From Clostridiales bacterium (lineage in GTDB: Bacteria > Bacillota > Clostridia > Christensenellales > UBA1242): DNA of 64,000 nucleotides. Both the position numbers and the translations under genes were made by a program. The stretch covers positions 17,021-81,020 of the forward strand of contig SVIQ01000004.1 of the NCBI GenBank assembly GCA_015069415.1, in the 5' to 3' direction. Shown one piece after another: positions 38,859 through 47,288 of the stretch; positions within the stretch are counted from its first letter, which is position 1, and each line of letters begins with the position of its first letter. The notes below the pieces were generated by a model that worked only from the letters and a program-made list of their open reading frames with translations, did no database searches and was not told where the DNA came from.

Positions 38859-39437
38859 ATGATTACAGCAGGAGATATTAGAAAAGGTGTAATTTTTGAT
38901 GATGGATCATCAACTGACCCTAAAAAACCAAGTTTGTTTTTAGTTGTTGATTTCCAACACGTAAAACCAGGTAAGGGAGCAGCTTTCGTTCGTACTACAT
39001 TAAAGAACGTTTTAAGCGGAAAAGTTATTGAAAAAACTTTCAACCCTTCAGAAAAAATTAACGATATTACAATTGAAAGAAAAGAAATGATGTATCTTTA
39101 CAATGAAGGCGGTTTGTACTACTTCATGGATAATGAAACATATGATCAAATTCCTTTCAACTACGACACTGTTAAAGAAACTCTTAACTTTGTTGTTGAA
39201 AACACAAATTGTAGCGTTCAATTCTACAATGGACAACCTATTAACGTTGAACCACCTATTTTCGTAGAATTAACAATCGCAAAAACTGAACCAGGAGTTA
39301 GAGGTGACACAGTTAAAACTGGTGGTAAACCAGCAACTCTTGAAACTGGCTATGTAATTCAAGTTCCACTTTTCGTAAATGAAGGGGATAGAGTTAGAGT
39401 TGACACTCGTACAGGCGAGTACATGGAAAGACTTTAA
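38859..39437 (+). CDS. efp: Elongation factor P
   Basis: [21 protein letters not shown] with the conserved modified Lys loop. An extra [12 protein letters not shown] segment lies before it. Confidence 0.95.
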   Translation: MITAGDIRKGVIFDDGSSTDPKKPSLFLVVDFQHVKPGKGAAFVRTTLKNVLSGKVIEKTFNPSEKINDITIERKEMMYLYNEGGLYYFMDNETYDQIPFNYDTVKETLNFVVENTNCSVQFYNGQPINVEPPIFVELTIAKTEPGVRGDTVKTGGKPATLETGYVIQVPLFVNEGDRVRVDTRTGEYMERL

Positions 39438-39450
39438 AATTAACGTCGAA

Positions 39451-39483
39451 AAATCAGTACAATTGTTGTATTGATTTTTTTTG
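39451..39483 (+). terminator. Intrinsic terminator after efp
   Basis: AAATCAGTACA-ATTGT-TGTATTGATTT followed by a T run. Confidence 0.65.
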
Positions 39484-39517
39484 TGCATTTTATTTTTTTT
39501 TCTAAATATTTTTTAAT

Positions 39518-40429
39518 ATGTTAAAAGATTATTTAGACCATGAAATGTACAAACACATAGTTTCAGCATTTAATTTTAATGATATTAATGAAATCAGAAT
39601 GAGAGTTAATCAAAATTTGATTGTTGTTGTAAAAAATAAAAAATATTTTGTAAAAGATGATAATGGAGATTTTATAAAAATTTCTAAGTTTGATTTAGAA
39701 AATTTTATTAGACGAGCGTCACAAAATTCGCTGTATGCTTACAACGATAGCATAATTAATGGATATATTACATTACCTAAAGGAATAAGAGTTGGATTGT
39801 CTGGAGAAGTAGTGAGCGAAAATGGACAAGTAATGACTATTAAAAACTTCAGTTCATTAAGCATTCGTATACCTCACATAATTAAAAATTGCAGTTTACC
39901 CGTTTATGATTTTTTGGTAAAAGGAGGGGACGTAAAAAACACATTAATAGTGTCCTCTCCTGGGGCTGGCAAAACGACATTTCTAAGAGATTTAATTTTT
40001 CAATTTTACACACATAACTTTTCAAAAAACGTTTTGCTAGTGGATGAAAGAAATGAAATCACAAACATGAATGACAGTGAAATAAGCTATGATTTGGGGT
40101 GTTTTGTTGATATATACACTAATTGTAGCAAGTCTTTCGCTTTTAAGAATGGAATACGAAGTATGCGACCAGAGATTATAGTTGTTGACGAATTAGATTT
40201 AGAAAAGGATTTAGCTGGACTTATTAATGCCATGAATTCAGGAGTGACAGTAATTGCTACAATTCACGCTAAAGATATTAATCAATTGAAAAGGAAAACT
40301 GGTTTCGACGAAATTTTAAATCAAAGATATTTCCAAAGATTTGTTGTTTTAAATGAGGACAACGGCCCTGGAACCCTTGAAGGGGTTTATGATGAACGAT
40401 TAAATTACATTTTTAGTGGTGGGTTATGA
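39518..40429 (+). CDS. spoIIIAA: Stage III sporulation protein AA (ATPase)
   Basis: Walker A SSPGAGKTTFLRDL and Walker B IIVVDEL. First gene of an eight-gene cluster. Confidence 0.85.
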   Translation: MLKDYLDHEMYKHIVSAFNFNDINEIRMRVNQNLIVVVKNKKYFVKDDNGDFIKISKFDLENFIRRASQNSLYAYNDSIINGYITLPKGIRVGLSGEVVSENGQVMTIKNFSSLSIRIPHIIKNCSLPVYDFLVKGGDVKNTLIVSSPGAGKTTFLRDLIFQFYTHNFSKNVLLVDERNEITNMNDSEISYDLGCFVDIYTNCSKSFAFKNGIRSMRPEIIVVDELDLEKDLAGLINAMNSGVTVIATIHAKDINQLKRKTGFDEILNQRYFQRFVVLNEDNGPGTLEGVYDERLNYIFSGGL

Positions 40430-40899
40430 AATGGTTGTTAATTATTACTTTTATTTTTGTAATTATGATAATCGCACTATCTGTCAGCGAGCAGTATAAA
40501 GACAAATATAATTTTTACGTTAATTTAAAATTATTTTTAGAAAAATTTAAATTGAATTTAGCATTCAAACAAGAAAAATTAGATAATTTCTTAAATTCAA
40601 TTAAATCTAAAAAGCAATTTAGACTTTTTATTGATGAATATAAAAGATATTTGGAAACAAACGAATTAGATTTAAGCAAAATTCAAATTTTAGAGCAAGA
40701 TGAGATAGCAGAATTGAAGGAAATCATCACATCTGTTGGCAGATTGGATCAGAAAGGCGAACTAGAGCAAACTGAATGTTTTTTAAAAAGAATTGAGCCG
40801 AAATTAAGTAAAGCAAATGAAGATATGACTAAACTTTGTCCTATGATAATCAAATTGTCATTGTTGTTTGCCGTAGGACTAGCAATTCTCTTAATTTAG
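40426..40899 (+). CDS. spoIIIAB: Stage III sporulation protein AB
   Basis: N- and C-terminal TM segments flank a helical domain. Size and position match spoIIIAB. ATGA overlap with AA. Confidence 0.7.
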   Translation: MKWLLIITFIFVIMIIALSVSEQYKDKYNFYVNLKLFLEKFKLNLAFKQEKLDNFLNSIKSKKQFRLFIDEYKRYLETNELDLSKIQILEQDEIAELKEIITSVGRLDQKGELEQTECFLKRIEPKLSKANEDMTKLCPMIIKLSLLFAVGLAILLI

Positions 40900-40910
40900 G
40901 AGGAAGACTT

Positions 40911-41099
40911 ATGGAAATAATCTTTAAACTGGCAGGAATAGGACTAATAACATCAATTGTTAATCAAATTTTAAAACATTGTGGCAAAGAAGAAATTGCA
41001 TCAATTACTACACTTGCGGGATTAGTTATTAGCTTGCTTATGGTGGTTGGTTTGATTGAAGACCTATTTACAACTGTAAAATCCTTGTTCGTTTTGTAG
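40911..41099 (+). CDS. spoIIIAC: Stage III sporulation protein AC
   Basis: GGAGG RBS before ATG 40911. 62-aa two-TM protein MEIIFKLAGIGLITSIVNQILK. Confidence 0.8.
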   Translation: MEIIFKLAGIGLITSIVNQILKHCGKEEIASITTLAGLVISLLMVVGLIEDLFTTVKSLFVL

Positions 41100-41105
41100 G
41101 TTTTT

Positions 41106-41492
41106 ATGAGTGAAATTTTAAAAATTGTAGCGGTGGCGTTGGTCACAGTTTTTGCACATATGTTAATTAAGCAGACAAAACCAGAATTAGCCCTTTTAAT
41201 TTCAATTGCTGGCAGTGTAATGATTATAATAATGGTTGTCGGAACGTTTAAAAATGTTTTTGGCTCATTTTATCAAATATTCAATAAAACCGGTGTAAAG
41301 ATGGAACTTTTAAGTCCATTATTTAAAATTTTAGCCATCGGTTACATTGCGGAATTTGGAGCAAATATATGCGTTGATGCAGGGGCGAGTAGTGTCGCGG
41401 ACAAGATTTTATTTTCGGCAAAACTAATTATTCTTGTTGTTGCGTTGCCTATTATTACATCAGTAATTGATATGGTGGTGTCGCTATTATGA
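41106..41492 (+). CDS. spoIIIAD: Stage III sporulation protein AD
   Basis: 128-aa polytopic paralogue of AC (ILKIVAVALVTVF..., IGYIAEFGANICVDAG). Confidence 0.8.
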   Translation: MSEILKIVAVALVTVFAHMLIKQTKPELALLISIAGSVMIIIMVVGTFKNVFGSFYQIFNKTGVKMELLSPLFKILAIGYIAEFGANICVDAGASSVADKILFSAKLIILVVALPIITSVIDMVVSLL

Positions 41493-42700
41493 TGAAATTA
41501 AAGAAAAGAAATGCAAGTCTTTGCTTAATGTTAGTTTTAATGCTTCTCCTCATGATAGTGATTGCTCCAGCTGAAACATATTGTTTAGAAACAAACACAA
41601 CGAGTCAAATTGAAGAAGAATTAAATGAAAGCATAGTCAATGAACTTGACGCAATCGATTTTAAAGATTTAAGTAAAGTAATTGAAGAATTTAATGAGAA
41701 AAATACAAACTTATTTTCATTAGGCAATTTAAAAGAAAAGGTTTACGAAGTAATTAGCGGAGAAAATGCAGTTAATTATTCATCTTTTTTTGCTTCACTT
41801 TTTTCAAATGTTATTGATAAGGTAGTCCGTTATCTTCCAATGTTGTCGCTCATTATTGCAATAGGAGTAATTGGAAATCTTTTAAATGGAGTAAAAAGTA
41901 AATTTAATGAAAAATCTACTAGTAACCTAATTCATTTGGTTTGCTTTATGGTTGTTGCAATTTTGGTAATTGCTATGGTTTCATCGCTAGCAATAGACAC
42001 AGGGCAGTCAATTGACAGTATGGTTAGCCAAATGAATGTGTTGTTTCCAATTCTGTTAACTTTAATGGTTGGAATTGGAGCGCATGCCAGCGTAGGAGTG
42101 TTTCAACCGGTTGTAGCAATTATTTCTACATATGTTGCAGATATTTTTAATTTCTTTATAATGCCGTTGTTTATGTTTAGTTTTGTCTTTGGTATCATAT
42201 CAAATATATCAGATAACGTTAAAGTAGATAAGTTTAGTTCGTTTGTTTCAGGATTGTTTAAATGGACAGTAGGAATTGTGTTTACTATATTCTTTGCAGT
42301 CTTTTCATTGCAGGGCATAACAGCGGGGAAATTCGATAGTTTAAGCATTCGTACAACTAAATACACAATTAAGAGCTATGTTCCAGTAATGGGAGGATAC
42401 TTGTCAGACGGAATGGATTTAATTTTGGCTAGCTCTGTATTAATAAAAAACTCAATAGGTCTAGTTGGAATTTTACTAATCATTACTACGATTTTGTCAC
42501 CAATCTTAGATATAGTAATATTCAGTTTAATGATGAAATTAATCTCAGCTGTTTTACAACCTATGGGCAACAGCAAACTTTCAAATTTCTTATCTAGCAC
42601 TTCAAAATCAGTTACTATGCTATCAACATGTTTAATTGCTGTAGGATTTATGTATTTAATATCAATCGGTCTAGTCATGACGACAAGTGTGGTGGTGTGA
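41489..42700 (+). CDS. spoIIIAE: Stage III sporulation protein AE
   Basis: Signal peptide plus about 7 TM segments. About 400 aa. Fifth position in the cluster. Confidence 0.8.
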   Translation: MMKLKKRNASLCLMLVLMLLLMIVIAPAETYCLETNTTSQIEEELNESIVNELDAIDFKDLSKVIEEFNEKNTNLFSLGNLKEKVYEVISGENAVNYSSFFASLFSNVIDKVVRYLPMLSLIIAIGVIGNLLNGVKSKFNEKSTSNLIHLVCFMVVAILVIAMVSSLAIDTGQSIDSMVSQMNVLFPILLTLMVGIGAHASVGVFQPVVAIISTYVADIFNFFIMPLFMFSFVFGIISNISDNVKVDKFSSFVSGLFKWTVGIVFTIFFAVFSLQGITAGKFDSLSIRTTKYTIKSYVPVMGGYLSDGMDLILASSVLIKNSIGLVGILLIITTILSPILDIVIFSLMMKLISAVLQPMGNSKLSNFLSSTSKSVTMLSTCLIAVGFMYLISIGLVMTTSVVV

Positions 42701-43173
42701 TGAAAGCATATGTTTTAAGTATACTAGGAGTTACAATTTGCGGGATAATAATTGACGTCATTATTCCAAGTGGCAAAATTAATAATTATATTAAAAGTAT
42801 TTACTCAATTTTTGTGGTGGCGGTTATTTTAACACCTCTTATAAATTTCTTTTCTAAAGGTAAAGATTTTACTCTTAATTATCAAGATTATGCTGTTAAT
42901 GAAAAGTTACTAAATTTTATATCAAACAGCAAAGTAGATGCGTTAGAAAAAGAACTTCAACAGGCCTTAATAAACGAAGGATACAGCGGAGTGGACATAA
43001 ATCTAAATTTTTCGCTAGAAAATGACGAAATAGTTTACAATTCATGCAATGTAAATATTTCAAAATTGGTCATTGCAGAAGAAAAAAAGCATATAAATAA
43101 ATATCAATTCATTTCAGGAGTTATTGAAGAACGTACAAATTTAGCAAGTGAGGTAATTGTATTCGATGAGTGA
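42700..43173 (+). CDS. spoIIIAF: Stage III sporulation protein AF
   Basis: ATG overlaps the AE stop (TGATG). Two N-terminal TM segments, MKAYVLSILGVTICGIIIDVIIPSG. Called by position. Confidence 0.7.
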   Translation: MKAYVLSILGVTICGIIIDVIIPSGKINNYIKSIYSIFVVAVILTPLINFFSKGKDFTLNYQDYAVNEKLLNFISNSKVDALEKELQQALINEGYSGVDINLNFSLENDEIVYNSCNVNISKLVIAEEKKHINKYQFISGVIEERTNLASEVIVFDE

Positions 43174-43615
43174 TTTGCCTAAAAAAGTCGGTTTTAAATG
43201 GCTGGACAAGCTAAAAAAAGTAAAGCATATTGAAATTTATGTGTCTGTCATCTTTGTTGCAATTTTACTTTTAATCTACATGTCCAGTTATTCAAAAAAA
43301 TCATCTAAAAAGGTTGCAGACACTGGAAATGAGATGATGGTTACTGAGTACGTAGATAAGCTTGAAAGCGATTTAGAAGAAATTTTAAATGGTATTGGAG
43401 GGGTGACAAATGTAAAAATTTTGATTACTTTGGATATGGGACAAGCAGACGTTACAGATTCCGAAATTAATCTAAATGCTTTTCCTCCAATAAAAGGCGT
43501 ACTTGTTACTGCTAAAGGATTAAACAACACTACAACACGAATGAAGGTTTTACATGCGATAGAAACCGTTATTAACATTTCAGACGGAAACATTGAAATT
43601 TTGTCAAGAGATTAG
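43166..43615 (+). CDS. spoIIIAG: Stage III sporulation protein AG
   Basis: Single TM, then a ring-building-motif-like domain (GVTNVKILITL...VKGVLVTAKG). Alternative TTG start at 43157. Confidence 0.75.
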   Translation: MSDLPKKVGFKWLDKLKKVKHIEIYVSVIFVAILLLIYMSSYSKKSSKKVADTGNEMMVTEYVDKLESDLEEILNGIGGVTNVKILITLDMGQADVTDSEINLNAFPPIKGVLVTAKGLNNTTTRMKVLHAIETVINISDGNIEILSRD

Positions 43616-43623
43616 GAGGGATT

Positions 43624-44115
43624 ATGAAAACAATGTCAAAAAAGAAAAAAATCATTATTTTGTCAGTGATGATAGCTTTATTGTTAGTGACTGGCTATGT
43701 AAATGTGGCTCTCAACAGTTCGCTTTCAAGCGGTGGATCAGCGCAAACAAGTGCATCAAGCACAAATGCAAACTTTTACTCAACATACAGAACTGAGAGG
43801 GAAGCAACAAGAACGCAAGAAATCCAATTTTATGATTCAATTCTAGCAAATGCATCTTCTTCTCAAGCATCAAAAGAGGAAGCTGAAGCAAACAAAAATG
43901 CTTTAATTAGCCAAATGGAAAAAGAATTAGTTACAGAAGGCATTATCAGAGGAAAGGGATTTGAAGATGCAATTGTAACTAGCAGTAGTGCAAATGTAAA
44001 CGTATTCATCAAATGTCAAGAACTAACAAGCGCTGAAGTTGCTCAAATCACAACAGTCGTTACAGAGCAATTAGGTGTTGAAATTGATAAAATTGTGATT
44101 ATACCCTCAGAATAA
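43624..44115 (+). CDS. spoIIIAH: Stage III sporulation protein AH
   Basis: N-terminal TM, Ser/Ala-rich linker and a C-terminal YscJ/FliF-like domain. Last gene of the cluster. Confidence 0.75.
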   Translation: MKTMSKKKKIIILSVMIALLLVTGYVNVALNSSLSSGGSAQTSASSTNANFYSTYRTEREATRTQEIQFYDSILANASSSQASKEEAEANKNALISQMEKELVTEGIIRGKGFEDAIVTSSSANVNVFIKCQELTSAEVAQITTVVTEQLGVEIDKIVIIPSE

Positions 44116-44144
44116 TTGCTAAATAAAAATAATTGTGTTATAAT
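44116..44144 (+). promoter_or_regulatory. asp23-nusB-xseAB promoter
   Basis: TTGCTA-17 nt-TGtTATAAT. Confidence 0.5.
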
Positions 44145-44162
44145 AAACACAAGAGGGTGAAT

Positions 44163-44522
44163 ATGGCACAATTGAGAAGTAATAAAGGTGAAAATGAAAC
44201 TTTAATCAATAAAAACATGGTTGTTTCTATCGTGAGTTTAGCAACCAAAGAAATTAAAGGAGTTAAGAATGTTTACAAATCTAAACGTTTGGGCTTCTTA
44301 AAAATATTTAACAAAAACATCGGTCAAGGTGTTAAAATCAAGTACACAGCAACTGGACTTTTAATTGATATTTATATTGTTGTGGACACAGACGTGGAAG
44401 TAAATGATGTTGTTTACAAAATTCAACAAAACGTTAAAAACAGCATTAAAACATTGTTACCAAATCAACAAATTAAGTCAATTAATGTACATGTTATGGA
44501 TGCAAGCAAACCTTCTCTCTAA
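44163..44522 (+). CDS. Asp23/Gls24 family alkaline shock protein
   Basis: VSIVSLATKEIKGVKNV and IDIYIVVDTDVEVNDV family pattern. Position before nusB as with Bacillus yqhY. Confidence 0.8.
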   Translation: MAQLRSNKGENETLINKNMVVSIVSLATKEIKGVKNVYKSKRLGFLKIFNKNIGQGVKIKYTATGLLIDIYIVVDTDVEVNDVVYKIQQNVKNSIKTLLPNQQIKSINVHVMDASKPSL

Positions 44523-44554
44523 ACTGAGAGAAATTTTGCTTATAAGGAGAACTT

Positions 44555-44923
44555 ATGAAAAGAACAGAAGCAAGAGAATTAGCATTTAAAACAATATATT
44601 CTAGATTTTTTAATCATAGCGAAGAAGATATTTTAGAAAATGCAAGTTTAAATGATTTAGATTTTACGACTAAAATATTAGGATTTTTTGCTGAGCATTA
44701 TGCTGAAATTAACGAAAAAATTAGTTCAAATCTTAAGGGCTTTACATTAGAAAGACTAAACAAAATTGATTTAGCAATCTTGATTTTGGCAGTAATAGAA
44801 CTTGATTATGTCAAAAATCCAAAAGAAGTTGTAATCAATGAAGCTGTAGAACTTGCTAAAAAGTATTCTACAGAAAAGAGCCCTAAATTTATTAATGGTT
44901 TCTTAGCAGGCCTTGTTAAATAA
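44555..44923 (+). CDS. nusB: Transcription antitermination factor NusB
   Basis: MKRTEARELAFKTIYS, INEAVELAKKYS, FINGFL. Confidence 0.9.
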   Translation: MKRTEARELAFKTIYSRFFNHSEEDILENASLNDLDFTTKILGFFAEHYAEINEKISSNLKGFTLERLNKIDLAILILAVIELDYVKNPKEVVINEAVELAKKYSTEKSPKFINGFLAGLVK

Positions 44924-46098
44924 TGAAAGTTTTTTCCGTTAGAGAAATAAACAGAATAATAAAAGATTTAATAGACAACGAAGTAATTCTTGAAGACATT
45001 GTAGTTACTGGAGAGTTGTCTAGTTTTTCTATTACAAGGGATGTTGCATATTTTACGCTAAAAGACACTGACAATTTGCTAAGTTGCGTTCAATTTCACT
45101 GCAAACGTGAGTTTTTAATTGGTGACATGGTAGAGTGTCGCGGTAACATTAAATACTATCCAAAAGGCGGAAAATTAACATTTAATGTACTCAGTATTCA
45201 AGAGTGTGGTCAAGGTGAATTGTACAAACAATTCATTGAACTAAAAAACAAGCTTGAAAAAGAAGGTATGTTTAGTGACTTGTACAAAATTCCAATTCCA
45301 AAATTTGTAAAATCAATTGGAGTGGTGACTAGTAAAACTGGAGCGGTTTTGCAAGACATAAAGAATGTAGTATCAAGAAGAAATCCAAGTCTTGAAATCT
45401 TTGTTTATGACGCTCAAGTTCAGGGAAAGTATGCTGTCAACGATGTAATTCAAGGCATAACTTATTTTGACAATTTAACAGACGTGGACGTAATTATTGT
45501 CGCTAGAGGAGGAGGAAGCCTGGAAGACTTAATGCCGTTTAATGATGAAGAGTTGGCTCGTGTTGCCTTTATATGTAACAAACCATTAATTAGTGCAGTA
45601 GGACATGAAACGGATTTTTCCATTTTAGACTTTGTTTCAGATTTAAGAGCTCCTACGCCAAGCGCTGCGGCTGAAATAGTTACTTTTGATAAAACTGAAT
45701 TAATTAATAAAATAAAAGATTTGAAATCAAATTTTAGTAAAAATATATTGTATATGATTGAAGAGAAAAGTTACGATGTAAAATACAAACTTTCGAGTCT
45801 CTCATCTTCAGTTCAAGACAACATTAATGACGCAATAATGGACATAAATGAAAAATTTATTTTGTGTGATAAAAATATTAATACAATGATTACTAATGCT
45901 ACACATTGTGTAGATAAAAGTATAAAAACACTAGATGTTCTTAATCCTGCAAGGCTTTTAAACAAGGGTTATTCAATAGTAACGGTCAATGATGACTCAA
46001 TAAACGCAACAAATGTGAACGTTGGAGATGAAATAAAAGTGATTGCAAATGATGTAAAAATTCATGCAAAAGTAACAAAAAAGGAGAAAAGATGTTAG
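44923..46098 (+). CDS. xseA: Exodeoxyribonuclease VII large subunit
   Basis: N-terminal OB fold (VVTGELSSFS). GVVTSKTGAVLQDI. ARGGGSLEDL. Confidence 0.9.
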   Translation: MKVFSVREINRIIKDLIDNEVILEDIVVTGELSSFSITRDVAYFTLKDTDNLLSCVQFHCKREFLIGDMVECRGNIKYYPKGGKLTFNVLSIQECGQGELYKQFIELKNKLEKEGMFSDLYKIPIPKFVKSIGVVTSKTGAVLQDIKNVVSRRNPSLEIFVYDAQVQGKYAVNDVIQGITYFDNLTDVDVIIVARGGGSLEDLMPFNDEELARVAFICNKPLISAVGHETDFSILDFVSDLRAPTPSAAAEIVTFDKTELINKIKDLKSNFSKNILYMIEEKSYDVKYKLSSLSSSVQDNINDAIMDINEKFILCDKNINTMITNATHCVDKSIKTLDVLNPARLLNKGYSIVTVNDDSINATNVNVGDEIKVIANDVKIHAKVTKKEKRC

Positions 46099-46295
46099 AG
46101 CAAGACATTAAACGTTTAGAAGAAATAGCAAAAGCTTTAGAAGAAGGAACAAATCTTGATGAAGGTTTGAAGCTTTACGAAGAGGGCTGTAAGCTTGCTA
46201 AAAAATGTTTAGAACAATTAGAAAAAGCAAAATTAAAAGTTACTATGATTAAAAAAGAGTACGAAGACAAAGAAAATGATGAAAAATCAGAGTAA
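46092..46295 (+). CDS. xseB: Exodeoxyribonuclease VII small subunit
   Basis: 67-aa helical protein LEEIAKALEEGTNLDEGLKLYEEG. Follows xseA. Confidence 0.9.
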   Translation: MLEQDIKRLEEIAKALEEGTNLDEGLKLYEEGCKLAKKCLEQLEKAKLKVTMIKKEYEDKENDEKSE

Positions 46296-46330
46296 TTTTA
46301 CAAAATTCGACTAATTTCTTTTAATTTTAC

Positions 46331-46358
46331 TTGAAAATTAATCATATTATGGTATAAT
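46331..46358 (+). promoter_or_regulatory. Promoter ending 7 nt before ATG 46366
   Basis: TTGAAA-16 nt-TGgTATAAT, then TAAAAAA, then ATG. No SD. Confidence 0.5.
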
Positions 46359-46365
46359 TAAAAAA

Positions 46366-47055
46366 ATGTTTAATTTAATTCGCAAATTTCGACAAATACC
46401 AGAATCAAAAAAAATTATTGTTTATGGCAAGTTGGCATTTTTACGAAACTTGTGTTTTTTTGCTTTTAAAATTGCTGTCGGAATTTGGTTTGAATCATGG
46501 TTCCTTATTGCAATCGCACTTTACGGTCTTTCAATTGGATATGTAAAAAACAATTGTTCAACCGGACTACGAAAAAATAAAGACAACCTTAAAGACATAA
46601 ATTCTTACATTCATGGCGGAATTGTCCTGACAATTTCCAGTGTGTTTTACATAGGTTATTCGATTTCTCAGATTTTCTTCCAACAAAATTATCAGTATAA
46701 TTTGGTAATTGCTATTACAATCGCTGCATATTCTGCGTACAGTATTACAAAATCACTTTGTGGTGTAATCAGATCTAAAGGTAAAACTATGCTCATTAAA
46801 GAGTACAAATTAACTAATTTTGCCGGAGCATTTAACCATATAGTGCTTGCTCAAGTTGCGTTGCTTTCAGTCATGGAAACAGAAAAAAACATGGCATTAT
46901 TCAATGGTGTTTTGGCAATTTCAGTTGGTTTCATAATTATGGTCATAGGAATATATCTAATAGTTGATGGTGTGAAAAAGAAAAAGAAGTACAAAGAAAT
47001 TATTTCTAGACATCCAGAAATCGTAAAATACTTAAATGAAGATGAAAATGATTAA
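46366..47055 (+). CDS. Polytopic membrane protein, function unknown
   Basis: About 6 hydrophobic segments and a lysine-rich C-terminus. No SD; a consensus promoter sits directly upstream. Confidence 0.55.
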   Translation: MFNLIRKFRQIPESKKIIVYGKLAFLRNLCFFAFKIAVGIWFESWFLIAIALYGLSIGYVKNNCSTGLRKNKDNLKDINSYIHGGIVLTISSVFYIGYSISQIFFQQNYQYNLVIAITIAAYSAYSITKSLCGVIRSKGKTMLIKEYKLTNFAGAFNHIVLAQVALLSVMETEKNMALFNGVLAISVGFIIMVIGIYLIVDGVKKKKKYKEIISRHPEIVKYLNEDEND

Positions 47056-47094
47056 AAACAATCATTTTTTTCATGCTTATTTACATTAAAAAAA

Positions 47095-47122
47095 ACACTT
47101 AGGAAAACCTAAGTGTTTTTCT
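47095..47122. terminator. Bidirectional terminator shared by the membrane-protein gene and tRNA-Glu
   Basis: A-run-ACACTTAGG-AAAA-CCTAAGTGT-T-run. Confidence 0.7.
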
Positions 47123-47123
47123 T

Positions 47124-47198
47124 TGGTACCCCTATGGGGAATCGAACCCCAGTCTTAGCCGTGAGAGGGCCATGTCCTAACCTCTAGACTATAGGGGC
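47124..47198 (-). tRNA. tRNA-Glu (anticodon CUC), CCA encoded
   Basis: Reverse complement GCCCCTATAGTCTAGAGGTTAGGACATGGCCCTCTCACGGCTAAGACTGGGGTTCGATTCCCCATAGGGGTACCA folds as a cloverleaf. It has a 7-bp acceptor stem (G1-U72), a Glu-type D arm, the anticodon loop CTCTCAC and a GTTCGATTC T loop. Confidence 0.85.
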
Positions 47199-47214
47199 AT
47201 ATTGGTACGCTTGA

Positions 47215-47243
47215 ATACTAACATAAATTTTGAGTTTTTTCAA
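47215..47243 (-). promoter_or_regulatory. tRNA-Glu promoter
   Basis: On the minus strand: TTGAAA-17 nt-TGtTAGTAT, 16 nt upstream of the mature 5' end. Confidence 0.55.
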
Positions 47244-47288
47244 GTATTTTTATGGAAATTTTTTAAAATTGTGGTATAATCACAGAAA

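Noticed and set aside
44131-44152. Inverted repeat TTGTGTT-ATAAT-AAACACAA around the asp23 -10 box as a regulator binding site.
   Set aside because: It is short and AT-rich, overlaps a consensus -10, and there is no second copy or partner regulator in the window.
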